Shown: positions 22,978-35,442 of the stretch, in pieces
How the letters are laid out: each line of letters begins with the position of its first letter
Numbering within the stretch: position 1 is the first letter of the stretch
Assembly (NCBI GenBank): GCA_025594325.1
Contig: JANHCV010000007.1
Span: 1,302,001 to 1,366,000, forward strand
Direction of reading: 5' to 3'
Length of the DNA stretch: 64,000 nt
Source of the DNA: Blastocladiella emersonii ATCC 22665
Taxonomy: Eukaryota; Fungi; Blastocladiomycota
The notes under the pieces: model-generated
Told to the model about the DNA's origin: nothing
What the model saw: the letters and a program-made list of their open reading frames with translations, nothing else
Databases searched by the model: none
Made by a program: the position numbers and the translations under genes

Positions 22978-24276
22978 TCAGCAATGTCGCGCACGAATCC
23001 GCGCAGCGAACTCGTGCTCATTGCGAGCAAGCGCCGTGTCAAGGATGGCACTCCACCTCTTTTGAGCGACGAGTCCACAAGATTCGAGCAGCTCGAGGTG
23101 CTCAATGTGAAGATCGCCGCCAAACCATCGCTTGATCAGAAACCCGAGCTGATTTAACTCGTAGCTTGTGTACCCACCTCCCCAGCGGTGGAGCCGAATG
23201 TCCTTAAAGACATCATCGAAATCGAGAACGGGCACGACCTGATCGGGAAACTGCGAGAGTAGTGGCATAAAAGCTTTGTGTCCCACGAGCGCAGCCGCGT
23301 GGACGTATCGCTTGCACAGTCTGGCCGACATGTTTGGATGGTGCGAGAAAGCCCACTCGAAGATGCCCTTGGCGCTCTCGGCCATGTCGATGAACGTCGA
23401 ATACTCTGTGGCGCGTTGAAGAGCCAGAGTTGCTGTCGTGTCGTCGCTCAAGAGTTTCGCAAGCACCGTTTCATCGACGCCGTACTGAGGATTGCTGCAC
23501 AGAATCCGGAAGATCGCGCCACGCCACTCCAAGATTACATAGAAGGCGAGCAGCTCGACGAATCGCAGGGGCGCCTCGGGAACGATGGTGCCCTCGTGCT
23601 CGGAACCCAGGTTGTACAGATGGTTGAAGAGCGGGAGCCACTCGGCAGGCGTTAGTGAGACAAGTAAAAGCTGCCGAGCCTGAACGGCGACGACGTCGAG
23701 AAGTTGACACAGGGCGTCCGACCAGCACCCAAGGACGGCGGCGACAAGCAGCCAGGCAAGCGTGGAGAGCGGACACGTCCAGATTGACGTGTACTGCTGA
23801 GACCGAGCTGCTTCCACCCGTTCGCGGAGGGCCTGCGCGTTGATATCGCTTGGTCGAATGCGACGAGATAATAGTTTGACCACGTTTACAAGAGCCGTCG
23901 TCGGTGCCGGCCTGCGATAGTAGCGCATCCGGGCAGACATGGCCGCTTTCTCCGCCCCTGCAGGGTTTAGGTCCACCCAAAGGAGACGCGTGACGGCATC
24001 CAGATCTCGAGTATTCGCGCGCGTTGAGCGAGGAACAGTCGCAATCAGCCGCTCGACAAGGACAAGGGACCAGGAAATGCAGACTTCTTCGTGGAGATCC
24101 AAGACATGCAGTGAGGCCGAGCAAGCCGCGACGGCTGCGCGCGGCGAAGCGAGTCGAAGCACGGCGCTAACCAATTCCGCGGGGAGCCGAGCGATCGCGC
24201 GGCTGTATGCATCATCTTCATCCCGTTGCATCAAGTGTTTGTGTTCCATGGTGGCGTTGGTGGCGATAACTTGCAT
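22978..24276 (-). CDS. Orphan 432-aa helical protein with an F-box-like N-terminal motif
   Basis: Long uninterrupted ORF. IARLPAELVSAVLRLA resembles the F-box L..LP.E consensus. No other family was recognised. Confidence 0.55.
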   Translation of the reverse strand: MQVIATNATMEHKHLMQRDEDDAYSRAIARLPAELVSAVLRLASPRAAVAACSASLHVLDLHEEVCISWSLVLVERLIATVPRSTRANTRDLDAVTRLLWVDLNPAGAEKAAMSARMRYYRRPAPTTALVNVVKLLSRRIRPSDINAQALRERVEAARSQQYTSIWTCPLSTLAWLLVAAVLGCWSDALCQLLDVVAVQARQLLLVSLTPAEWLPLFNHLYNLGSEHEGTIVPEAPLRFVELLAFYVILEWRGAIFRILCSNPQYGVDETVLAKLLSDDTTATLALQRATEYSTFIDMAESAKGIFEWAFSHHPNMSARLCKRYVHAAALVGHKAFMPLLSQFPDQVVPVLDFDDVFKDIRLHRWGGGYTSYELNQLGFLIKRWFGGDLHIEHLELLESCGLVAQKRWSAILDTALARNEHEFAARIRARHC

Positions 24277-25497
24277 CGGGGGAGGAGCGTGGTCGCAAAG
24301 AGACTCGACTCACCAGACGCGCGACTTTGCGCACCACAAGCGCACGTGTCGCCACATAGTGACTCGACGCGCCGTCGCCCGAGTCCCAGCCGTTTTTGCT
24401 CACGACGGACCAAACCGAGCCGCCAACGTTGTAAGACGTGACGACATGAACCGCGAGAGGGCTTAGACGTCCCTCATGGATGCGACCAGCGGAAATGGTG
24501 CTCAAGTTGGGGTCCCGACGAGGATGAACATTATTTCTTGCCACCCACCGTGACGCCGTACCCTTGAGAAGTGTTCCACGGCACTGCCGGCCCTAAGCAG
24601 CGCATCGGGGTGACCGCGATAGATAGCGACCGCGTCGTGAAAACACGTGACGGGCGAAATGTCTCTTGTCTCGCAGCGCAGATCGCCCAGCCACCCGACC
24701 CGTTTCGGCTCTCGCCCATCTGCTCCCCCGACGTCACTTCCGTGCACTGCGCTCTGCTGCCACGGCCCACCCCTCCCTTGTGCTGCGCTGCCCCCGTTCT
24801 CTCTTCCATCGTCGAGTGCCCTCACCCTACGAAGCGACGAACGCAGCCAAGTGAAGGGCCCCTCCACCACGCACGCAGACGACGACGGCGGACGGTCCCA
24901 CCTGCTACCCCCACGAAACCGTTCTCCCTCGCATCGTCGCACGCACGCACGCACTCAGCCGGCCATCGCAAGCTAGGTGCGCATCACCTGCATCTCTCGC
25001 ACTCGGCGCAGCGGCGGCGGCGGCCAGGATGGAGCGCAGGCGAAGCGATTCCAGTCCACGGCAGCGGCGGCGCTGAGCAGGCCGTGGGCCTGCTTCGGGC
25101 TGCGCCGCCGCCCTGCCCTCACGGCCCACGAGCGCAGCTGCTCGAGCATGTTCATCGGCCGCACCCGGATGTTGGCCAACGTGGGTGGCGGCGGCGGGCG
25201 ACCTCGGGCGTGGGGCAGCAGGCAGGTGAGAAGGAAAAACCTTGCGTGCGCACGCACGTCGCAACGCCTCTCGACCCTCGCCGCCGCCGCCGAGCCGCCG
25301 CGTGCGCTGGTCGCCGGGGCACACCTTCCGTTGCTCTCCCGGCCGCCGCCCCCGCCCGCTTGCCGCTTGCCCGTCCTATCGTCATGCTAACCTCTCCCTC
25401 TCTCTCCTCCCCTCCACAACATCCGACCCTGTAGCAAACCTTGCACTTGTTGCACAACGCATCAACACCCCACACTCCACCCCACTAGCACTACGAG

Positions 25498-26995
25498 ATG
25501 ATGGCTGCCGGAGCCGCCTCCTCGTCGTCGACGCCCGCGAGCCCCATGGCCGGCGCCAGCGGTGCGCCGCGCACCCCGCTCAACCGCGCCGCGCGGTCGT
25601 ACCCGGCCTCGGTCGCGTCGGCCGCCGGCACGCCGCTCGGGTCGCCCGCCATGTCGCCCAACAACCCGCCGCTGTCGGTGGCGGCCGCTGCCGCGAACGC
25701 GCTGCCGTCGGTCCCCGGCTACGAGATGGCGCAGCTGCACACGGGTACGCTCCGTTGCTGCTGTGGCAGACTACGCAAAGCAGCGGACTGACGCGGTGGC
25801 TTTTCTCCCCGCTCGTGTAGAGACGTTCATCCAGTGCCCGCACGCCATGCCCAAGGGCTCGCCCGGCGCCGCGACCATCAAGCGCAAGAAGTCGCTGTTC
25901 CGCCGCAAGTCGCAGCGGTACCAGCTGCAGGCCGAGGTGCAGGTGCAGGGTGACGAGCAGCAGGCCGCCGCCGCCTCGTCGTCCTCGTCGACGCCTGCCA
26001 ACGGCCAGCCCGCCGAGCGCAACGGGCCCGAGGAGATCATGGGCCCGCAGGTCGAGGCGGTGCTGGCGTTCCTCAACAAGGAGCTGCTGCTCAAGCCCGC
26101 GGCGTACAGCCACGCGCTGTTCAGCTTCGCCTTTGATGGTGTCGCCGAGGCCGTCGAGGAGCGGCGCAGCGTCATGTGGATCGCGCAGCCGCTGATCGTC
26201 ACGGACGAGATTGCGCCCATGGTCGACACCGAGGCCGACTGGTCGGACGCGGAGCTGCTGCCGCCGACGCCGTGGACCGTCGACTTCGAGTCGTGCCTGC
26301 CCGCGACCTTCGAGAGCACCTTCGAGGTGTCGCTCGAGGTGCCCAACACCAACTTCTACCGGACGTGCTTCTACTGCGAGGGCCGCGGGACGTGCCGGTG
26401 CACGGCGTGCAGCGGCAACTCGCTGATCCTGTGCAAGCCGTGCAAGTCGACGGGCGTGACCAAGTCGGGCGCCATGTGCGACAACTGCCAGGGGCTCGGG
26501 TGCAAGACGTGCGAGAAGTGCCGCAACTCGGGCCGCCACCAGTGCCCCGTGTGCCAGGGCCACGGCCACCTGCGCATCTTCCTGCTGCTGCGCGCCGTGT
26601 GGCAGCGCCACGTCACGCGCCTCGTCGACAGCAACGGGTACCCGCTGCAGCCCGACAGCCCCATGGGCGACCTGCTCGCCGAGGTCGACGCCGCCTACGC
26701 CGCGACCAACGCCAACGCCCTGCCCGCGGACCTCGACGCGTCGACCGCCACCGAGGTCGTCGGCTTCTCCGAGACCCTGCGCACCCAGATCGCCCGCACC
26801 ATGCACCCGACGGCCTGGGTCCGCTCCTTCGCCTACAACATCCGCGTGATTCCGCTGTTCGAGATGGTCTACATCAAGCGCAAGGTGTTCCTCAAGAAGA
26901 AGAAGGCCCGCTACCTCGTCTACGGCAACTCGGTCCAGGGCGTCCTCCGCATGGGCGAGAACGCGCGCGCCCAGGCCTCGGCCGCTAGCAAGTAA
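25498..26995 (+). CDS. SSUH2-like protein with DnaJ-type CxxCxGxG zinc-finger repeats (intron 25745-25820)
   Basis: Repeats CFYCEGRG, CTACSGN, CKPCKSTG, CDNCQGLG, CEKCRNSG and CPVCQGHG are preceded by PWTV..LP..F...EVPNT and followed by L.A.W, matching the SSUH2 architecture. Confidence 0.75.
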
Positions 26996-27239
26996 CCGCG
27001 GTCGCCGCGGCTTGTCCATGTTTTCGTTCATTTGCTCCATCTAGACCGGGTGGCCCCTGGTGCGCGACGTTGTGCCGGCCGCCCTCGTGTGGTTTGCTTC
27101 TTTCCCTTCCTCCCTCCCTCATCTATGTACTCGTCCTGTTGTTGTTGCTTCCTTGCCTCGTACTTGTTTGTTCAGTATCGCGAAACGCGGAAATCTATGC
27201 ACTGTATTGCTATCCGCCGCCACGATGATGGTCAGCAGA

Positions 27240-28790
27240 GTCGAGCGAGCGCGACCGCGGCCGCGGTGACCCTGGTGGTGGTGACCCACGATGGCCATGG
27301 CCTAGGGCTGGCCACAGCGCGCCCCCACGCCGCCGCGCCGCTCCGGCCGCGCGGACACTTGAGCGAGACGCAGCGATTCCCGCTCGGCCCGCTCGCGGGG
27401 GTCCCTGCTGTGTCCATGGCCGTGGCGATTCCCAACCTCGGCTGAAGCGCATCCTTCCAACGCTCTCGCTAACGACAAACTCAACATGTCCCGCGCCTTC
27501 ACCCCGATCACCGGCGTGCCCAAGTCCGTCACCGTAGGCCCAAGCGGGCCGCCCGTGGGCGGGACGAGCACTGTGTCCGACTCGTGCACGAACCGCGCGC
27601 CCGACCCGCCGCCCGGCTCGTACGTGACGGCGCTTCTCACCCGCGTCGTCGGCGGCGGGCAGCTCGACGACGTGTCGGTGATGTGTGTACACAGCCCGAT
27701 CGATGAGTTGGGCGACGCGAAGCTCGGCCGCGTGCTGAGTGGCGGGATCAGCTCGCTCGAGGTGCGGTGGAGCGACGGTGACGGGATCACGCAGGTCGGG
27801 TACGCGGGCGCGCAGCAGCGCGTCGCGCCGGTCGTGGATCCAGCAGAACGAGGCGGGGTTCCGCGCGTGTACGCTCACGGGGATCGACAAGGCGCTCAGG
27901 AACACGGACCTGAGGCTGTGGAGTCTCACGCTCCGGTTCGTGTGTCCCGAGGAGCGGCCGCCGCCGCCGTCGCCGCCGGCGACCTCGTCGACCAACAGCG
28001 CGGGCACGGCGAGTAGTACGAGTTCGGCTGCCGCGACCGCGACCGCGACCGCCGCCGCCACCGAGTCCAAGTCGGACGCGTCACCGACCACGGCTACGGG
28101 CAGCGCGTCGAGTACCACGGGTCCGACATCTCGCGCTGCCGTGCCCGCGCTCAACCCGCCGTCGGCCGGTCCGCCGACGACCGTGTACCTGACGATCGGG
28201 ATCGGCGCGCTCGTGGTGCTCACACTCGTCGCGTTCGTCAAGTATCGGCGGTCGCAGGCCGTGGTCAAGTCGCTGCGCGCGAGCATGGCCGAGAAGCCGG
28301 TGGCGGACGCTGGACCGAGGGCCTCATCATCGGCCACATCCGTTCAGATCGCGGTCGGCGCGGCCCACGGCGAGCCGGCCGCTGCTTCAGCGCTCGCAGC
28401 ACGTCCGACTTCTGCATCCACACCCGTGACCGATCTCGCGGGCGCCGACGACAGCAGCGACGTCGTCTACCTCCCGGGCGAGCTGTCATCGTCACCGCGC
28501 GTCGACCCGTATGCAGCGGTCGTCCACCCCAGCAGCCCGACGCTCGCTCCAGTACCGGCCGAGGTCGGTGTATAAGATGACGCCGTCGACGACGACCGCC
28601 AGCGCCCCGCGGCGCTCGATCGGTCGGCGAGCGACAGCGCGGGCTCGCTGTACCTGCCGGGCGAGGTGGCGCGTCGCGAGCCGCTCGACGACGACGGCGT
28701 GCTGTATCTGCCCTGGCGTCGGCACCGAGTTCCATTGTGTGTGTGTGATCGATACATTCGTGTTGTTCTGCCCGCAGATCTTTCCGTGAG
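27240..28790 (+). pseudogene. Disrupted single-pass membrane receptor-like gene: putative beta-prism/jacalin-like ectodomain, S/T/A stalk, TM helix, tail with YLPG repeats
   Basis: GC3-rich coding frame switches at about 27830 (ORF 27486 to ORF 27739). TM segment VYLTIGIGALVVLTLVAFV-KYRR. An in-frame TAA at 28573-28575 is followed by continuing GC3-rich codons with a second and third YLP motif. Confidence 0.55.
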
Positions 28791-29130
28791 GTCGCCGCTG
28801 CACGACGCGTTCCTTCGCGGAGGCAGCGCGCAGGGCGGCGAGCATCAGCTGACGCCGCGGCGACGCGTCTCGGTGGCTTCGGTCTCATCGCCGTCGTTGC
28901 TTCTCGGATTCGGCCCGTCAGACTCGCCGACTTGGTGCACTGGGAAGCCGCTCGTCCATTTTCCAGCGTGTCGTTGCACATTGCCTCTCGCGGCCGCGCT
29001 GTCTCGCACCTCGTCGTGTCTCCCGCAGCCTTGTCACGCGCTCTCACGCGTCGCGCCGTCGCGTCCCCTCCTCCTGTCGTTCGCGGACACCACGCCTTCC
29101 CTCCCTCCCTCCTCTCCTCGTAACGCCGCC

Positions 29131-31609
29131 ATGACAACCGCGGCCCTGACCCCACCGACTGCCATGCCATCCACAACCTCGCCGGTCCTCGCGGCCGCCG
29201 CCGCGCTGGTCGCGCCCGATGCGTCGCCCGAGACGAGTCTGCGCGCGGTGCGCGCCGTCAAGAACGCCGTGATCGGCAACCGCACGCACAAGGCGCGCGT
29301 CGTCGAGTTCCCCGGCGCCGTGCCGCGGCTGTGCGCGCTCGCAACATCGGTCGAAGTCCCGGCCGATCTGCGCGCGCAGGCGGCCATGGTGCTCGGGTCG
29401 CTGGCCGCGGGCGACGACGAGTTTGTCGAGTTCCTCGCCGCGCAGGGCGTCACGGGTGCGCTGCTCCAGTGTCTCGAGGACACTGACGAGCGCGTCGCCG
29501 AGGCCGCGGCGCGCGCGCTCAAGGCTATGTTCGCGAGTCCGCGCGCGCCAAGGGTCGAGCTGTATCGGGTACCCTTGCCCTCCCTCTTCTTTGCGCCAAG
29601 TCCGACTGACCCGTCCGTCATTCGTAGGAAGCCCCGATCCGCGCGCTCGTGCGCCTCGTGCAACGCGGCGCGTCCCCGTCCGACTCGCCGACGGCGCGCC
29701 GCATCGCCGAGTTTGCCGCGCACGTCCTCGCCAGCAGCTGCGACTCGGCGCCGCAGCAATCGCTCGCTGCCGCATGTGGTGCGGTCACCGCCGTCCTGCA
29801 GCTGCTCGCCGCCGCGAACGGGACCGTGCGCACGCTGACGGCCGCGCTCGACGCGCTCGGCGCGCTGTGCCGCGAAAATTCCGGGATCGCGGGCGAGGTT
29901 GTGCGGGCACACTGTACGTGCCGCTAGGCGTGCCCGGTGTGGATGATACTAAAGCTCGGTGTGTGTAGGCAACCTGAAGCCCGTGTCGGCGCTTCTGATG
30001 CAGCTGCTCGCGGCGCCCGATGCCGACCTGCGGTTGATGGCCGCCACCTGGTCCGTTCTTCTGCCTCGGTGCCGTTACTCGACGCGACTGACACGCGGCC
30101 GAACCGTGTAGCGCAACCAACATCTACCGCACCAACGTGCTGCCCGAGCACGAGCCCGAGATGGCGCGCGCGCTGCTGCCCGCGCTGCTCAAGCTCATGG
30201 CCCCCGAGCACAAGCCGAATGTCAAGGAGTGCGCGTGTCTCGTCTTCGGTACTCTCTCACCTCCCGCTTCCCGCGCGAGCCGAGACACTCACACCAACTC
30301 CCAAATAGCCAACCTCGTGCAGGACTCAGAGGACCTGCAGACGCTCGCGGCCGAGGCCGACACCATGGTGCGGCTGGTCGAGGTGGTCCGCCTCGCGCTG
30401 CAGGACGCCGAGGTGCTCCCCGGCGCCAGCACGAACCCGGGCCCGATCCCGCCCGTCAGCACCACCGCGACGGGCGCCGCGGTGCCCCCACCGCCCGCGT
30501 CGGGGACCACGGGGTCCAGCGCAAGCGCGTTGCTGGGGAAACAGCCCACCGCCGCATCCTCGCTCGAATCGAGCCCGCTTCCGCCAGGCGTCCCCGGCCC
30601 GACCGAGCAGTACGCGAAGCGGTCCGCGCACCAGGCGCGCGTCGGCGAAGCCGCGCTGCTCGCGGCCGCCGCGGGCACCGCGCTGCACGAGCCCGCGCGC
30701 AAAGCGGCGCTCGACGCGGGCCTGATCCCGTGGATCCTGCGCGGGATGGCGCACCCGGCGGTCGGCGTGCGCGCCGCGGCGTGCCACGCGGCGCGGAGCA
30801 TCTCGCGCAGCGTCAAGGCGGTGCGCACGGCGCTCGTGGACGCGGGGATCGCGGAACCGCTCGTGCAGCGGCTCGGCGACGAGGCGCCCGCGGTGCTCCT
30901 GTCCGCGACGGCCGCCGTGTGTAATCTGGTGCTGGACTTTGCGCCGATGAAGCAGTCGATCCTGGCGCGCGGCGGGATCCAGCGGCTCGCGGAACTCGCG
31001 CGGCCGGCGTTCCCCGCGAGCGTCCGGGTCAACGCGGTGTGGGCGCTCAAGAACCTCGTGTACAACGCGAGCACCGCGGTCAAGAGCTCGGTCATGCAGC
31101 ACCTGACGTACGCGTACCTCGGCGAGCTGATTGAGCAGTCGGACGACGTGGGGATGGTCAGCCAGGCGCTCAACCTGGTGCGCAACCTCGCCGTCGGCAG
31201 CGAGGATGACATCCAGCAGGTGATTGACGGGTACGGCGGCGCCGCGCGCTTCTTCGGCATGGTCTCCGCCAAACTCGCGAGCGCGACGCCCGAGCACGCG
31301 CACGAGGCCGTGTTCATCGTCAACAACGTGGCGACGGGCAGCGACGCGCAGAAGAACGCGCTGATGCAGGACCGCGGGATCCTCGACGCCCTGCTCGCCC
31401 TCATGGACCACCCGCAGCCGGCCGTCCGCGCCGGCGTCGTCTGGGTCCTCATCAACCTGACGTGGCCCGAGGACGCGCAGCCTACCACGCGTGTCCGGTA
31501 CCTGCGGACCCTCGGGTTCGAGCGGCGACTCATCGCGATGCAGGCCGAGGCCGACGTCGAGCTCCGCGACCGCGTGCGCGCCGCGCTCATGCAGTTTGCC
31601 GACGCGTAG
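29131..31609 (+). CDS. ARMC8: Armadillo repeat-containing protein 8 (GID/CTLH complex Gid5/Vid28 homologue), about 4 introns
   Basis: VRAVKNAVIGNRTHK (ARMC8 KNAVIGN), AVCNLVLDFAPMKQSIL, NAVWALKNLVY, ALNLVRNL, VWVLINLTW. Confidence 0.85.
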
Positions 31610-32407
31610 TACGGGTGCCAGCGAGGGCGGGATACACTTGATTCATTGACTTCGCCCTCCATTGGTGCAGGTGCAGCGGCAGGCGCAGCGGCGCAGCAGC
31701 GGCCACGCGACGGCGCGATGCCCGCGATGCTCGCTCCGCGACACGGGAACAAGGCGAAAACCGACCTCGGTCGGTGCAAAGTCAAACGCTGCCCGCCGCG
31801 CCGCCTTCCCTTGTCCGGCCGGCCGACGCGATCGGCACGAGCATGAGCGCCACCGGTGCCTCTTCAAGAACGCCATCGTGGACACGGCAGGGCGCGGGCG
31901 CGAGGGTGACGTCGCGAGGGTGAGGGAGCGGTCCCACGACGTGTCCGCGGGATGGCGTGCACGGGCAGGCGAGGGCGTTCACCGCGTGGGGGCGGGGGCG
32001 GGCTGCTTGGGAGCGAAGCGGTCCGCGCGAGAGCGCGACAAGGCGAGTGCAGCGGCGGCCACCGCAGCGGGCGGGCTGCATCGCAACGGAGGTCGGCGGG
32101 AGGGAGGGAGGAGGAGGAGCAAGAGAACGCTCGAGTCCACTCGCACGCCTTCCTTGCTCGGCCGAATTTGTCGCCGCTGCAAACTTTGCGACCCGACCCC
32201 CCTCCCGCCTCACTTCTCGCGCTCCTCTCTCTCCCTTCCCGCTCTCGCTCTCTCTTCGCCGCGAGACGATCGCCTCGCACATTGCTCTCCTTGCAACGCA
32301 TCAACACATCTGATCCGCACACGCCGTGACCGTGCCGTGCCCGACCACCGACTCGACCGACCCGCGATCGCCACCTCCGCGACCTCGACCCTGCCATCCT
32401 CGCCACC

Positions 32408-35400
32408 ATGGCCGATCCGCTGTTCGACCCGAACGCCAATCTGCCGTCCGACGACGACATTATCGGGCCCATCAACTGGGATGACGAGTTCACGGGCGAC
32501 GCCACGGCCAACCTGCCGCCGGCCGTGGTCCTGGTCCTGCAGATCCTCTTCTACGCCATGCTGGCCTTCATCCTGCTCTACCTCGTCTCGCACTGGATCT
32601 TCCACTCGTGGTCCTTTGTCAACATCTACCGCATGGGTGACGCCAAGCGAAAGGCCGTCAACGCCTCGTGGAGCGACAAGGCCACGCCCGCCCTCGTCGT
32701 CGTCATGTTCACCCTCTACACGCTCTACATGGGCTCGTTCGTCTACGGTACGCTTCCCGCCCTTGGCGATCACCGTCACGGCGTGTGTGCTCGCCGTCAC
32801 GTCGTCGTGGGTGGTCTGCCGGCCACCGCGTCGCCGCGGCCGACCCGGATCGCTTCGCTCACCACCTCCGCACCCCCCTCGTAGTTACTGTCATCATGCT
32901 ACAGTTTCAAAAGTACACATCTAGCTTTATCAAAATCACCTCGCGCCGAACCCGCAACAACCTCAGCACTCTGCTGTGGTTGTTCTTCGCAATGGCGCTC
33001 TTCCCCGGTTCGTAGCCTTAGTACAGGCGTCGCAGTGCCACTGTCGCTAACGTCGTCGCCTCTACCTCTCTTACGCTTTCTAGTCATCGTCAACATGATC
33101 GCCGGTACGTTCGCGCCGTTGCTCCCATCGCTCCCGCGCGCTGTCCCTCCGCTCGCGTCGCTGCTCCCCTTCCTCCCGTCGATCCCGCTCGACACCTCCC
33201 CATTGCGCTCGCTGCTTCGCTCCTGTGCGCGACTCTCGTCGCTGTGCGCGCACACACAGCCGATCGCAACCGCCGCCACCGCCCCGTTGTTGTCGTTCGC
33301 CCGCTTCCATGGATGTTCCATCGCGAGCATCCTGGAACCGCCAGCCGCGCGCTCTCCGCCTCGCGAACCAATCATTTCTCGCGCCGCGAGTGTGATGTCG
33401 CGGGTCCTGCGGTGTCAACCCGGACCCGTTTCACCGCGGCACCGCGCGGCGCCCGATCGCCCTTGTTCCCGCTGCGCCCTGACGCCTCCCACTCACACCC
33501 GACGATCCCTGCCCATCCCATCGCTCTAGCCATCATCAAGCTGACCACCGACTGGCTGTACACGCGCAAGGTGCGCAACGACTTTACCGAGCGCAAGGAC
33601 GAGTTCCTGCGGTCGCAGGGCCTGCTTCCCGCCTCGGGCAGCTCGTCGTCCGCCACCGACCTCGCCCATGGGCCCGTCCACTCGCCCGCGGCCTCGCCCG
33701 ACGCCGCCGAGAAGGGCCTGCCGCTCGTCTACGTGCTGATCCCGACCTACAACGAGCCGCTGCCGAACCTCATGGGCGCCATCAACGGCGTCGCCGGGTC
33801 CGACTACCCGCGCCTGCGCGTCTACATCGGGTTCGACAACTACGACGTCGAGCAGCAGTTCTTCACCCTGTGCCGCCTCATGACGGGCGTCCCGCTCCGC
33901 TCCGAGACCCTCGCGCGCCGTGTCGCCGAGGACTCGGCCGCTCGCGCTGCTGCCGCCAACAACCAGGACTCGCCCGCGTTCGGCCCCATGTCCCCACCGA
34001 CGCCCGGGACCACGGCATCTGCCGCTGACCTCGCCGGCGGGTACAGCCCCAAGGTGCTGATGGGCCGCAAGTCGCAAAAGTACAACGGGTTCGACCAGAT
34101 CGTGACGGGCGGGACCGGCAGCATCCGCGGGTCCGTCGACCACCACCGCCGCGACTCGTTCTTCGCCGACCCCGGCGAGGCGGCCTCGGGCGACCTGGCG
34201 TCGCTCGGCGCCGCGCACCTGTACGAGGACGCGAGCACGTCGGGCGGCGGGTCGACGCCGTCGCTGCGGCTTCACGCCCCTCGCGGCCCGCAGCCGCTCG
34301 ACTTCACGGCCGAGGACTGTCCCGACGCGTACACGCTCGAGTACCGTTCGACGCAGATCACGGTGTGCCGGTTCGAGCACTCGGGCAAGCTGGGCACGCA
34401 GCGCAACATGTTCGAGCGGCTGCAGCAGGAGCTCGAGAACGAGGGCCACGTCGAGGACCCGTACATTCTGTTCATGGACTCGGACACGGCGATCATGCCC
34501 GACACGGTGTCGCAGCTCGTGGCCGAGGTGCAGCGGCGGCCGCAGACGCGCGCCGTCACGGGCATGGTGGTCAGCCGCAACGAGGACTGCTACAACTTCT
34601 GGCGCATCATGCAGGACGCCGAGTACATCGAGTCCATGATCTTCCGCAACGCCGAGGCCCTCATGGGCGCCGTAACGTGTCTCCCGGGTGTCCTGACCAT
34701 GTTCAAGTACCCGGTGCTGCTCGACGTTGCGCAGGACTACTTTTACCAGCGCGAGATCGCGTCGACGTTCGACTTTGCGCAGCGGTACCTGGGCGAGGAC
34801 CGGTACATGACGCACCTGCTGATGGAGCGGCCGGGCACGTACACGCTCGGGTTCAACTCGCAGGCCATGTGCAAGACCGAGGCGCCCAGCAACTTCAACA
34901 ACCTGCTGCGGCAGCGGCGGCGGTGGTTCCTGGGCACCATCACCAACGAGCTCATCATGCTGTGCACGCCGCTGTTCTGGCGCAAGTACCCGCTGCTGAT
35001 GCTGACCAAGTTCTTCCAGATCCTCAAGGTCGGCGGCGCCATCACCTACATCCTGCTGGTCGAGCTGCTCTTCAACCTCATCTTCGACTACTCGACGTTC
35101 AAGTGGGACTACCTCGTGTGGCTGCTCATCGTCATCATCCCGAACTGGCTCTTCGTCACCGTGTGGGCCGTGCTCGAGAAGCGGCTCAAGGCCGTCCTCG
35201 TCTTCCCCGCCTACTACTTCTTCAACCCCTTCTTCACCATCGCCATCCTCATGTACTCGTTCCTCACGGTCCGGCAACGTACCTGGGGCGGCCCGCGCGC
35301 TGCTGCCGCGACGGGCGACGACGACGAGGACGCGGCGGGCGACGAGGACGACGTGGGCGCGATCCGCCGCGACGGCGCGCCGCTCGAGACCGTGGTCGTT

Positions 35401-35442
35401 GTCGAGGACCCGCAGATCGCGCCGGCTGCCGACGGCCGGTAG
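32408..35442 (+). CDS. CHS: Chitin synthase (GT2) with N-terminal TM segments, no myosin or cytochrome-b5 domain seen; 3 introns in the 5' part
   Basis: LIPTYNE, GFD, GK, FMDSDT, QDAEY, TCLPG, GEDRYMT and LLRQRRRW motifs, followed by C-terminal TM helices. Confidence 0.9.

Noticed and set aside
27800-27846. GTACGC...CAG as an intron repairing the receptor-gene frameshift
   Set aside because: The candidate lengths (44 or 47 nt) do not restore the frame, and there is no branch site or pyrimidine tract.
28666-29130. Open frame extending ARMC8 about 155 codons upstream into the YLPG pseudogene tail (apparent fusion)
   Set aside because: The intervening codons lack GC3 bias and look like promoter/UTR (CT-rich). 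ARMC8 homology begins after ATG 29131, which has a good GCCGCCATG context.
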